This document shows positions 25,572 to 36,845 of a stretch of 64,000 bases of DNA, piece after piece. Numbering within the stretch: position 1 is the first letter of the stretch; each line of letters begins with the position of its first letter. The stretch is from Centroscyllium fabricii (lineage: Eukaryota): NCBI GenBank assembly GCA_051313645.2, contig JBNRSN020000025.1, forward strand, positions 30,132,001-30,196,000, in the 5' to 3' direction. A program made the translations under genes and the position numbers. The notes beneath the pieces are model-generated. The model was not told the DNA's origin. It saw nothing but the letters and a program-made list of their open reading frames with translations, and did not search any database.

Positions 25572-27124
25572 GGGGGGTATTTTCATGTCCCCGTGAGGCG
25601 GGGTTTTGGGCGGCTCGGCCTGCAAAATAGCGGAACTAGCGGAACCGGTGTGTCCCACCCCTCCCCACCGATTTCCCATTTTCGGTCGGCTTGTTTCCCC
25701 GACCCGAATCTTTCCCGCCGGTGGCCGGCGGGGATGGCTGATCAGATGATTAGGGGCCCTTAATGCCATTTTAAGGGCCCTTGGGGATTTTCAGCCCCTC
25801 CCCACCCAAACCCTGCCATCCTAAACCCCGCTGGGTGAAACCCAGCGGGAGCACAATGATTTTAAAACTTACTCCTTCCAGGTGTTGAAGGCCTTGGAGC
25901 TAAATGCTTCCCAGGCCTTCACCACACTGCAGGAGTAAGTCACTCCCTTAGGGCAGCAGTAGCTGTGGGGAAAAACTTCAAAAACTGCCTTCCCCATCTC
26001 CAATGACAGACGCTGGCTCTCTGTCAAAAATCTGAAGCCCGCCCGCCCACCTGTCACTCAGCAGCACATACCTTTCCCCATTGGTCACACTTCACTGTGA
26101 AGTCACAGTGGAGTGTTTCCATGGGAACTGTAAACAAACAGTTCCCGCATTTTCCTCAAGGTGCAGTTTCAGCGCCGTAATTGGCCACCGGACTGCTACA
26201 ATTAGCTCAGGCACCCCGCAAGTGGGGTTTTAATTGACTAATTAGTCGAAAATAGTGTGGCCTTCCCAGGCCCTTGGCCAGGCGGGTCAGGGACCCACCT
26301 CGACCAATCCCCGCCAGGTTACCGCTCGTCCCGCAAAATGCCCCCACATGGGGGAAATTTTCCTGGGTCAGTGAGGGCGGCTTTCCGGCGGGCGTAAAAT
26401 CGCGAAACCGGGGGTCCCGCCCCCCACCGGATCGCAAGTTTCGGGCGACGTGTCCCGCCGTCATTAATCTTTCCCACCTGCCGCCGGCGGGGATGCTCGT
26501 TGAGGTAATTGAGGGCCCTTAATTGGATTGGATAATCCCATTTTAAGGGCCCTCACCTATTTTAAACCCCTTCCCACCCAAACCCCGCCATCCTGAAACC
26601 CCGCTGGTGAAACCCAGCGGGATCACAGTCGGCTAGGTCACTTTCACCTTCAAGCATTGAAGGACCTAGAGCAGAATGCTTTCCAGGCCTTCAATACCTT
26701 GGAGGTGTAAGTGACTCCCTTTTCTGAGGGCCATCTGTGCAGAAAAATCTTGACAAAGTAATCTTGACAGAGGGATTGAGAGACGGTCCCGAACTGTTTC
26801 CAGCGCGTCCCTGCACCTGTCAGTCAACCCACTTGGGCTTTGCGATTGGTTGCACCCCATTGTGATGTCACAATGGAGTGTTTCCATGGCAACTGACAAC
26901 AGACAGTCCCTGGAACTGTCAGTCAAAGTCCTCGTTCCCTGCTGCAGCGCGCTGATTGCCGACTAGAGTCAGGCAATTGGAAGGGGTTCCCCACACACGG
27001 TGAATTAATTGATCAATTTAGGGAAAATTGCGTGGGGTTTCCAGGCCCTTGGGCGGACGGGCCAGAAAACCGACCCGACCAAAACCCGCCAGGTTCCTAC
27101 ACCTTTGGGAAACCCCTCCCCCCC
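25572..27124 (-). mobile_element. Two adjacent diverged family A elements (25572-26345 and 26350-27124)
   Basis: Both are reverse-complement relatives of 14762-15549, sharing taagggccc, gaaacccagcggga and the X-box-like palindrome. Confidence 0.75.
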
Positions 27125-27954
27125 ATAATATTCTAACACTGTGGCCCAGCTCCTACAGCTTCCACACATTGGGCCAAGCTCTCAGTGAGCACTGACGGGG
27201 TGCGGGGGTTAGTCTTGTGTAAAAAAAATTATCAGCCCCGAAGGTTTATTTCACAAAGGGGATCTTCATAATCCGAGGCGTGCTGATCGCCATGGTGTCA
27301 CCCAGTCGCCCCATTCCCCCAGCTCCACACCTCCCCCAGGGATTAGGTTTTCACCTTCCTCGCTCTCTGGGGTCAGTTTCACCCAATTGCATCTTAAAGA
27401 GACTTACATCCTGCCCTGTCCATCTATGCACATGCATGTTCCACCGGGGTGAGGGGGGCAGAAACGATCAGTGTTGTGACAAACCGCACCTCTTGGCGTC
27501 AAATGCAGCTCTAACTGGGGCGAGCTGTAAAGATTTACTCCTTACACAGATACAGCTTGGAACAGAGCATCAGTCCAGTTTAGATACTCCAGTGTTGATA
27601 TGGGGCTTGAAAACAGAGGTAAAGGGCGCTACCAACTCAGCCAATCTCAGGATGGTCAGCTTGGACCGGAATGCACTTGTTAGCCAGAAGTGAACCCACA
27701 GTATACACAATGAATATCCTCCAAGGTTAAATTATTTCTTCCCAGTGTATTCAATAAACACCCTTCACGGTGTGGCTGGTTGGTGACAAATTGTAACTAA
27801 ATGCATTGTTCTCGATCAACCATTTTTCGTTCCCTCCCCCTCCCTCTCCTTATTCCTGCCAAACTTTCTTCTCTCTCTAGTACTGACTTATTGCTGAGGT
27901 ATGGCTCCATGGGTGCTAATATGGCCGTTAACACTTAAACAATGAATTTCAGCA

Positions 27955-28410
27955 GGCGGTGGCGTAGTGGTTATGTCACTAGACTAGTAAGCCAGAGGTT
28001 CAGTCAAATGCTCTGAGAATATGGGTTCAAATCCCACCACGGCAGCTGGTGGAACTTAAATTCAATTCAATTTAATTCTGGAATTAAATGTTAGTCTTAG
28101 TAATGGCGACCATGATACCATTGTCGATTGTTGCAAAAACCCATCTGGTTCACTAATGTCCTTTAGGGAAGGAAATCTGCCATCCTTACCTGGTCTGGCC
28201 TACATGTGACTCCAGACCCACAGCAATGTGGTTGACACTTAATGCCCTCTGAAATGGCCTAGCAAGCCACTCAGTTGTAAACAACCGACTGCAGCGGTTC
28301 AAGAAGGCGGCTCACCACCATCTTCTCAAGGGCAATTAGGGATGGGCACTAAATGCAGGCCTAGCCAGCCAGCGACGCCCACATCCCATCAATGAATAAT
28401 TAAAAAAAAA
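27955..28410 (+). mobile_element. tRNA-derived SINE sharing its tail with the LINE at 57230-57970; degenerate copy at about 13045-13395
   Basis: Head ggtggcgtagtggtta...gggttcaaatccca. The tail gcggttcaagaaggcggctcaccaccat...gacgcccacatcccat plus A-run matches the LINE 3' end. Confidence 0.85.
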
Positions 28411-29638
28411 AAAAGCTATTCAACACCGAAAGGCATCACAACCAGATTCCTTAAGGGAGAGTGTTTAGGGGAATCAGGTTCATGAGGACCCTAACATCTG
28501 ACACTGCGAAGGTGGTGATTACCATCAGATCGAAAACTGAAGAATACGAGAAAGCATTGGACTTCTCCCATGAAGCCCAATTCTTCTGGTTAACCATCAA
28601 CTGTTTTCAATGTCATAGCTCTCTTCAGGGAGGTGAATACTGCCAGTTAGAAATTACAAAAGCAGACTAAAATTCCTCCTCAATCTTCAAACATAAGGGG
28701 ACATGGGAAGCCGGTTTACTGATGGTTTCAGCTTACCATCTTTCCTCGTAGCTGGTCTACACCTTCTGCTTGTAATATGGACTGAGCTTCTCCAAGCAAG
28801 GATTCAGGGATCTTTATACTGAGATGGGCAGTGTTTTTGGCATTTAATCGATTAAACAAGCAAGCTATGGGATCTGATACCCCTTGAAATGGTTTCCAGG
28901 ACCGAGGTATCTGTGGTAACAGCAGTGCGTTGACTGCTCAACATGGCTGGGTTGCCTTTCACCAGTATTCCCAATATTGATATTAATAGGCTTAACTGGT
29001 TGACCACTGTACTGCAGGCTGGCTCCTACTTGAGTTGGGGCCTTGCTGTGTGGTCCTGATGTTGCCTCCTAAACTTTGCTAAGGTATCATCTGTGCTGTC
29101 TTCTCCATCTTCTTTTCCAAGAAACTGTGTCTGCCATTAGTTAAGAAGTGGATGACAGGAATCTTAAGTGATCCATGACATTTAGCTGAAATCGTATTCA
29201 TTATAAATTGCCAGGGCGTTGAGGGGTACCAGTATTTTGCAGCTCTTCTCATGACCGTTGCCTCTTTTCTTGATGGACGGCAGCAGCTTGGGGGATGGGT
29301 TATTGTGGTGTTGCCAAATTTTCCTGAGATGTAATAACATTCTTTCTGGCCTCTCTGGCTATGCATTAAACACTGGCAGGCCTATGCTGGTTTGTACCCC
29401 AATTTCAAAGAAGGCTTCATAATCTTAAAATGAAAGCTCAGCCATTCAGGAGTGAAGTCAGGAAGCACTTTTACACACAGTTGAAATCTGGAACTCTCTC
29501 TCGTTAAAGGATGTGGATGCTGAGGGATAACTGGAGCTTTCGAGACTGAGATCAATAGATTTTTTTCAGATAAGGGTATCAAGGAGCAAAGCTGGGTAAA
29601 TGGAGTTGAGGTACAGATCAGCCATGATCTGACTGAAT

Positions 29639-30150
29639 ACATAAGAACATAACATAAGAAGTAGGAGCAGGAGTAGGCTGATCCGAACTTAGACTCACAT
29701 CCACTTCCCTGCCCGTTCCCCGTAACCCCTTATTCCCATATCAGCTAGGAAACTGTCTATCTCCGTTTCAAATTTATTTAATGTTGCAGCTTCCACAGCT
29801 CCTTGAGGTAGCAAATTCCATCGATTTACTACCCTCTGAGTGAAGAAGTTTCTCCTCATCTCACTTTTGAAAGGGCAGCCCCTTATTCTAAGATTATGCC
29901 CCCTAGTTCTAGACTCACTCATCAGTGGAAACATCCTCACCGCATCCACCTGATCAAGCCCCCTCACAATCTTATATGTTTCGATAAGATCGCCTCTCAC
30001 TCTTCTGAATTCCAGTGAGTAGAGGCCCAACCTACTCAACCTTTCCTCATAAGTCAACCCCCTCATCTCCGGAATCAACCGAGTGAACCTTCTCTGAACT
30101 GCCTCGAGAGCAAGCATATCTTTTCTTAAATATGGAAACCAAAACTGTAT
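29639..30150 (-). mobile_element. CR1 ORF2 3' fragment nested in an opposite-strand CR1 tail (29410-29638 and 30153-30205)
   Basis: QFWFPYLRKDMLALEAVQRRFTRLIPEMRGLTYEERLSRLGLYSLEFRRVRGDLIETYKI...RTRGHNL...FFTQRVVNRWNLLP. Confidence 0.92.
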
Positions 30151-30477
30151 GCAGAATGGCGGAGCAGGCTCGAGGGGCTGCATGGCCTGCTCCTGTTCCC
30201 ATAATGCTACCCTAGGTTTGTTAGAGTGGGTTACCCTAGAGCAGGCTGGTTTCTTCCCTTCTCCATAGGTTGGTCTCATGTGATTAGGCGGTCCTCAAAG
30301 CTTTTAGTTTCCAAGATACACAAGATGCATCAGCAGCTGGGTTCTGTGAGCAGATCGAAACTCTTGGGTTTAATGCTGAAACAGCATGAAGCAATTTTCC
30401 TTATTAGTCCTGGCCCCACGTGTTGAGTTACAAGTGCAGGCTTGCCTCCTGACCTCACACAACAGCGTGTGTTGCAT

Positions 30478-30810
30478 AGGGTAGATAGAAAGGAACTTTT
30501 TCCCTTAAGAGAGGGGTCAATAACCAAGGGGCATAGTTTCAAGGTAAGGGGCAGGAGGTTTAGAGGGGATTTGAGGAGGAACTTTTTCACCCAGAGGGTG
30601 GTTGGAATCTGGAACTCACTGCCTGAAAGGGTGGTGGAGGCAGGAACCCTCACAACATTCAAGAAGCATTTAGATGAACACTTGAAACGCCATAGCATAC
30701 AAGGTTACGGACCAAATGCTGGAAAATGGGATTAGAATAGACAGGGCTTGATGGCCGGCGCGGACACGATGGGCCGAAGGGCCTCTTTCTGTGCTGTATA
30801 ACTCAATGAC
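30478..30810 (+). mobile_element. CR1 3' fragment
   Basis: TKGHSFKVRGRRFRGDLRRNFFTQRVVGIWNSLPERVVEAGTLTTFKKHLDEHL. Confidence 0.9.
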
Positions 30811-30893
30811 ACAGTCTGTGTGGGGGAGGGGGAGAGAACGGAAAAGAACTGAAGATGACGTAGCAAAGGGCTAGTCTTCGATACAACAAGTCA

Positions 30894-31754
30894 TAATGTG
30901 GAGGTGCCGGTGTTGGACTGGGGTGGACAAATGCAAGAAGTCACACAACACCAGATTATAGTCCAACAGTTTTATTTTAAATCACAAGCTTTCGGAGCTT
31001 CTGCCCCTTCGTCAGGTGAAAGAGAGACTGACTTAAAGAACGCACATGTGTGATGAAGAGAGAAATCTGATATCTCCCACATCTCACCTCAGTAGAGATA
31101 GACACACAAAGGCTTATTAACATATTTTAAGTGTTTCATTTAAACATAGCATATATAGAGAGAGATAACAATGTGGTCTCTCCAGCTGTTTCACATCACA
31201 CCTCAGCTGAGAGACATCAAAGCAATCAAAGGTTTTCCAACATATCAAAGGTTGCAGTCACAAAGGGTCAAATGTTACAGTCTGCTTTAAATCCCACATC
31301 ATGATTTTTTAGAAACCAGGATTTTTCTTACTTAAAATCGCAGAACAATTCGTAAGAAAAATCCTGGTTTTTTAAAAATCATGATGTCGGATTTAAAGCA
31401 GACTGTAACATTTGACCCTTTGTGACTGCAACCTTTGATATGTTGGAAAACCTTTGATTGCTTTGATGTCCCTCAGCTGAGGTGTGATGTGAAACAACTG
31501 GAGAGACCACATTGTTATCTCTCTCTATATATGCTATGTTTAAATGAAACACTTAAAATATGTTAATAAGCCTTTGTGTGTCTATCTCTACTGAGGTGAG
31601 ATGTGGGAGATATCAGATTTCTCTCTTCATCACACATGTGCGTTCTTTAAGTCAGTCTCTCTTTCACCTGACGAAGGGGCAGAAGCTCCGAAAGCTTGTG
31701 ATTTAAAATAAAACTGTTGGACTATAATCTGGTGTTGTGTGACTTCTTGCATTT
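30894..31754. mobile_element. Penelope-like insertion as a 403-bp inverted repeat
   Basis: Arms 30929-31331 and 31352-31754, 20-nt spacer and a 35-nt unpaired extension on the left. 13-bp TSD ATACAACAAGTCA at 30881-30893 and 31755-31767. Confidence 0.88.
31664..31701 (+). ncRNA. Minimal hammerhead ribozyme motif (mirror copy at 30982-31019 on the minus strand)
   Basis: TCAC-CTGACGA-A-GGGGC-AGAA-GCTCC-GAAA-GC-TT-GTGA: stem I TCAC/GTGA, CUGANGA and GAAA cores, 5-bp stem II, palindromic AAGCUU in place of stem III. Confidence 0.75.
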
Positions 31755-32493
31755 ATACAACAAGTCAACATCATGCTTAAAGGGCTAGACAACCCTCACA
31801 CTTTTGCAGTTGCGTGTCGTACCTTACCCATAACAGGTGGAGTATCATTCAGCAAACAATGATATTTTTAATGCATTGGGAAAATTTGAAACTGATGAAG
31901 AATAATCAATGGTTATATTCCAACAAATCATAAAGTGTACTTACTGATTTAAAACTCAGCGGAGGGTGAAATTGGTCCTTGGCGAAAGCGCAAAGTGAGG
32001 CAGCAGCCTGTATTACACATGGGGAAAAAGAAAATCGGGCGCGGTGTAAAACCTTCTGCCGATTCTCTATCGGCCATTTTGTGCTTCTCAACCCCCCCGC
32101 ATCTCCTATAGCAGAATGCTGAGGTGAAAGGGCAAAGGTTATGGAAATACTCTTTTATTAGTAGCGGGCATAAGTTTAAGATCATCACCAAAAATCAAAG
32201 GGTGAGGTTAGGGTAATATTCTTTTAAATGCAGAATAGGCCTACCAGAAACAGTGCTGGAAACTGGTATGTGAGCCACCCTGAGCTACAAACTCCAATGG
32301 ATTGCTCCAGAGAATCGCTTAGTATTTACAGCACAGAAACAGACCATTCGGCCCATCAGGTCTGTGCCGGCAATTATACTCCACACGAGCCTCCTCCCAC
32401 TTTCCTTCATCTCACCCTATCAGCATCTCCTTCTATTGCTTTCTCCCTCATGTGCTTATTTCACCTCCCCTTGAATGAATCTATGTAATTGTA

Positions 32494-32687
32494 GACAAGG
32501 GTTTACAGAATAGAACAGGAGGAGCAGGCAAGGGTTTACAGAATAGAACAGGAGGAGCAGGCAAGGGTTTACAGAATAGAACAGGAGGAGCAGGCAAGGG
32601 TTTACAGAATAGAACAGGAGGAGCAGGCAAGGGTTTACAGAATAGAACAGGAGGAGCAGGCAAGGGCTTACAGAATAGAACAGGAGG
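32494..32687. repeat. 33-bp tandem repeat, about 6 copies
   Basis: caagggtttacagaatagaacaggaggagcagg repeated nearly perfectly. Confidence 0.95.
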
Positions 32688-33038
32688 ACCGAAATAAAAG
32701 TGGGCAAAAGAGATTTTTAAAGACGGGAGGAGTGAGGTTAGGTAGCTTGAGCCAGATAAAAACTTCAACCTCATCCTGGGGACAGCACGAAAATGATTTG
32801 GTGCAAAATGAAATGATTGATGAGACCGATGCATCGTTCAATATTGACCTCGAGCAATTGATCAAGTTACAGTTTGTCACAAATTAAACCAGCTGAATGG
32901 ACTTAACAAAAAAACTCTTGAGTGGCGTAGCCTTTAAGGCCCTGAAATCACTTCTTGTGACATTAGTATATTCAACACACCTAGTTGAAATTTATCTGTC
33001 CATTATTTTATCAGAGGTACTTAATCATTGACATTTAC

Positions 33039-33190
33039 GTGGAGGTGCCAGTGTTGGACTGGGGTGGACAAATGTAAGAAGTCACGCATGCATCTCTTCA
33101 CTTCACCTGACGAAGGGGCAGTGCTCCGAAAGCTTGTGATTTCAAATAAAACTGTTGGACTATAACCTGGTATTGTGTGACTTCTTACAT
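33039..33190. mobile_element. Penelope-like insertion with inverted ends and a hammerhead motif at 33103-33139 (+)
   Basis: TCAC-CTGACGA-A-GGGGC-AGT-GCTCC-GAAA-GCTT-GTGA, with an inverted tailed end on the left. Confidence 0.8.
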
Positions 33191-33194
33191 AAGA

Positions 33195-33745
33195 CAATTA
33201 CAGCACAGAAGGAGGCCATTTGGTCCATCATCTCTGTGCCGGCCCTTCACTAGAGCAACTCAAAACCAATCCCACTGCCTGCTCTCCCCACAGCTCTGTA
33301 TCTTCCTCGGCTTCAAATACCTCTCCAATTTTCCCTTAAAAGATGCAGTGGCCTCAGCCTCAACCACTCCCTGCGGCAAAGTATTCCATGCTCTGTGAAA
33401 TTAATATATTTCGCCTAACCTCTCCTCACTCTCTTAGTCACAATTTTAAATTGATGACCCCTCATCGCTGACTCCCCAACCAGAGGAAATAGTCTTTCCC
33501 TATCCACTCAAAACTCTTCCTAATTTAAAAAACTCCCAGTAAATCTCTCGGCCTTCTCTGCTTCAGTGGAATCAATCCCGATAACTTAAGTCTCTCCTCA
33601 TGACTATTGTTCTCCATCCCTGGCAGCACCCTGGTGAATCTATGCTGGATGCTCGCTATGGCTTTAATGTTCTTTCTATATTGAGCCCCAAAATTGCACA
33701 CAACACTCAGGGGCCTAATCAATGTCTTGTACAAATGTAACATTA
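33195..33745 (-). mobile_element. Diverged CR1 3' fragment
   Basis: LYKTLIRP...IQHRFTRVLPGME...EERLKLSGL on the minus strand, followed by a CR1-type tail. Confidence 0.75.
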
Positions 33746-33957
33746 CTTCTTTACTCTGGTACCCTATACTTAATTAAAAGTCATTTAAAGACACTGAACA
33801 CCTGTATTAAAATAATAGACAGATGAATTTCATCAGAACGCATTAAGTGCCTGAATGCTAATATCACACAATGTCATTCTACCCGTAAGCACTGTTACAG
33901 TCTGGCCTGAGAGAATAAAAAAGTAAGTGGCAGAAAGATTGAGAGATTGAAAATAGT

Positions 33958-34278
33958 GGGCGGCACGGTGGCATAGTAGTTAGCACTGTTGCGTCGCAGC
34001 GCCAGTGTCCCGGGTTCAAATCCAGCCTCGGGTGACTATCTGTGTGGAGTTTGCACATTCTCCCCGTGTCTGCGTGGGTTTCCTCCAGGTGCTCCGGTTT
34101 CCTCCTACAGTCCAAAGATGTGCGGGTTAGGTTGATTGGCCAGGATAAATTGACCCTTAGTGTTAGGGGGATTAAATATGTGGGGGTTACGGGGATAGGG
34201 TGGGATATGTGTCGGTGCAGGCTCGATGGGCTGAAATGGCCTCTATCTGCACTGTAGGGATTTTATGATTCTATGATT
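33958..34278 (+). mobile_element. V-SINE, short tail
   Basis: Same head and body, ending gctcgatgggc...tatctgcactgtaggga plus ATTCTATG-type repeats. Confidence 0.9.
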
Positions 34279-34436
34279 GAGAAGCCCAGAAGCCTTGTGT
34301 TCATACCTATGACTCAAACGGATTGATGTCCACTTATACAAGAGCCTAGAAATCCCACTGTGTGATATTGGGATACGGCACTTAACAGGTTTATCTAACA
34401 TGACTTTATTTTTTAACCTCAAATAACCTCCATTAA

Positions 34437-34739
34437 TGCAAGAAGTCACACAACACCAGGTTATAGTCCAACAGCTTTATTTGAAATCACAAGCTTTCAG
34501 AGCGCTGCTCCTTCGTCAGGTGAAGTGAAGAGATGCATATAGGCACAGCATATATAGTCAGAGAACACTGCCAGATGATTACAGGTAATCTTTCCAACTG
34601 CCCTTTATCACACCTCAGCAGAGAGATAATCACAGCAATCAAAGGCGTGAATGGTGTCCAAACAGGTCAGTCAGGAAACCTGGTGTTGTGTGACTTCTTA
34701 CATTTGTCCACCCCAGTCCACCACAGGCATCTTCACATC
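34437..34739. mobile_element. Penelope-like insertion with a hammerhead motif at 34487-34523 (-)
   Basis: 14-bp TSD ATAACCTCCATTAA (34423-34436, 34740-34753). The minus strand reads TCAC-CTGACGA-A-GGAGC-AGC-GCTCT-GAAA-GCTT-GTGA. Confidence 0.82.
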
Positions 34740-34857
34740 ATAACCTCCATTAAAGCAGTGGACCAAGTCACTTCATCTTAAATACTCGTACCTTAATATC
34801 ACACGGTGGAATTTATAAGCCAGGAACTCCAGTGTGAATTCCAAGCTGCATTCCAAG

Positions 34858-35322
34858 AGAGTCCCGTTCGCCCATCACCCCTGTGCTAGCTGACCTACAT
34901 TGGCTCCTGGTTAAGCAACGCCTCAATTTAAAAATTCGCATTCTTGTTTTCAAATCCCTCCATGGCCTCGCCCTTCCTATCTGTGTAATCTTCTCCAGCC
35001 CTACAACCCAACAAGATATCTGCGCTGATCCAATTCTGGCCTCTTGAGCATCCCCGATTTTAATCGCTCCACCATTGGCGGCCGTGCCTTCAGCTGCCTA
35101 AGCTCTGGAATTCCCTGCCTAAACCTCTCTGCCTCTCTATCTCTCTTTCCTCCTTTAAGACGCTCCTTAAAACCTACCACTTTGACCAAGCTATTGGTCA
35201 TCTGTCCTAATATCTCCTTATGGGGCTCGGTGTCACATTGCTTTTGATAACTGCTCCTGTGAAACACCTTGGGATGTTTTACTACATTAAAAGGTGCTAT
35301 ATAAATGCAAATTGTTGTTGTT
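34858..35322 (+). mobile_element. L2-type LINE 3' fragment; shorter copies near 17735-17990 (+) and 60030-60240 (-)
   Basis: PITPVLADLHWLLVKQRL.LKI..LVFKSLHGLA...STIGGRAFS, with tail ccttgggatgttttactacattaaaaggtgctatataaatgcaa(ttg)n. Confidence 0.85.
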
Positions 35323-35636
35323 ATAAATTTGTGGACCTAATTCTCTGACCTATGCTCCCTTCAAGTGCGACACCTGAGTGAGAAATCAGGGAATTTACCC
35401 CGTCTCTGATCCATTTTGTGGCAATAATCTGTCTGAATGGAGGGGCAGGGGGAGGGTGCAGTAAGCGATTATGTAGCTTCTGTCTCCATCCCCTCCTGCA
35501 CCATCCGCCTCCGCAACCCTCACAGCGCCCTCCATTCTGAGAATGGCCAGTCTAGAAAGTGCCCAAGTATTGTCAACCTTTCTCCAAAGAGCCACTGAAA
35601 CTGCTTTTACACTGTCGTTCACTGAGCAGAAACCTT

Positions 35637-36524
35637 GGGCAGGATTTTCCTGAAGGTGTGGGAAATGGGTGGGATCCCCACTGATCACTCTATCTTCCCA
35701 CTTTCTGAAGGGTGTGGAATCCCCATGCAATTTTGGCTTAATTGGCCAATTAAACCCCGAGTGTGGGAAGATCCTAGCAATTGAGGGATTTTGCCTAGAA
35801 ACTGGGCGGGCTTTGACCTGTGTCAGCAGCAGAGCCAATGATTGGCAGATGTACTGATAAGCTTGGTGTTTTGCTTTCTGTGGTCTCAGAGCATTATGAT
35901 GTCATAATGCTATGTCAACAGATGAAACCACAAATCTAAGAGTGACAGCTTTAAGTAGGCTGCCTCTGTTTGTTTGTGGTTTCAGTGGAATGTAAACAGA
36001 AACTGATCCATTGGGTGACTGACAGCGGAGCTGCTTTGCTTCACAGACACAGCTCACAGCACGATGTCTGTGAGTGAGTGGGACACAGCTGGCAGGTAAG
36101 TGATTTTAAGGTCTTTGGGCACTGAGGTTTGGCACCCAAGTTACACCTCCAGCATGTTGGAGGCTATCAAGCCGCTGTGTGGCTGCTGTTTCCCATGCCT
36201 TGAAGGTGGCAGTCACCCAGCTGAATCGGTGCGTGCCAGCTTTCAACGGCGGTGTTCCCACCGGGCAGGTTCTGGGTGGGAAGAGGGTCAAAGTAGCAAG
36301 GGGCCCTTAAAATGGCATTACCGATGCCAATTAAGGGCCCCTAATGAGCCTAATGAGCATCCCTGCCGATGCTGGGCGGGACTGAGGCAGGCCGATCGGA
36401 CTCGCCGGGTGAAATTGACAAGCAGGCGGGAAGGCAGTGGGAGGGGTCGCGGACCCCCGTTTCTGCTATTTTCATTGCAGTCCTGCCCAGAAACCCGCCT
36501 CACGGCCCGAGGAAAATCCTGCCC
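35637..36524 (+). mobile_element. PIF/Harbinger-type element, distant family A relative
   Basis: Perfect 15-bp TIR GGGCAGGATTTTCCT with 3-bp TSD CTT (35634-35636, 36525-36527). Confidence 0.85.
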
Positions 36525-36539
36525 CTTGTATCAGTAGAC

Positions 36540-36845
36540 CTCCCAAACCTGCAACTTCTACCACCTAGAAGGACAAGGGCAGCAGACACATGGGAACGCC
36601 ATCACCTCCAAGTTCCCCTCCAAGTCACACAAAATTCTGACTTGGAAATATATCACTGTTTCTTCATCGTCACTGGGTCAAAATCCTGGAACCCCCTCCC
36701 TAACAGCACTCTGGGAGCACCTTCACCACACGGACTGCAGCGGTTCAAGAAGGCGGCTCACCACCACCTTCTCAAGGGCAATTGGGGCGGACAATAAATG
36801 CTGGCCTTGCCAGCGATGCTTACGTCCTGTGAATAAATTAAAAAA
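36540..36845 (+). mobile_element. 3' fragment of the 57230-57970 LINE family; other copies at 37130-37425 (-), 41610-41960 (-), 49950-50070 (-) and about 58600-59150 (+)
   Basis: RRTRAADTWE.HHLQVPLQVT...KSWNPLPN...GLQRFKKAAHHHLLKGN. Confidence 0.85.
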
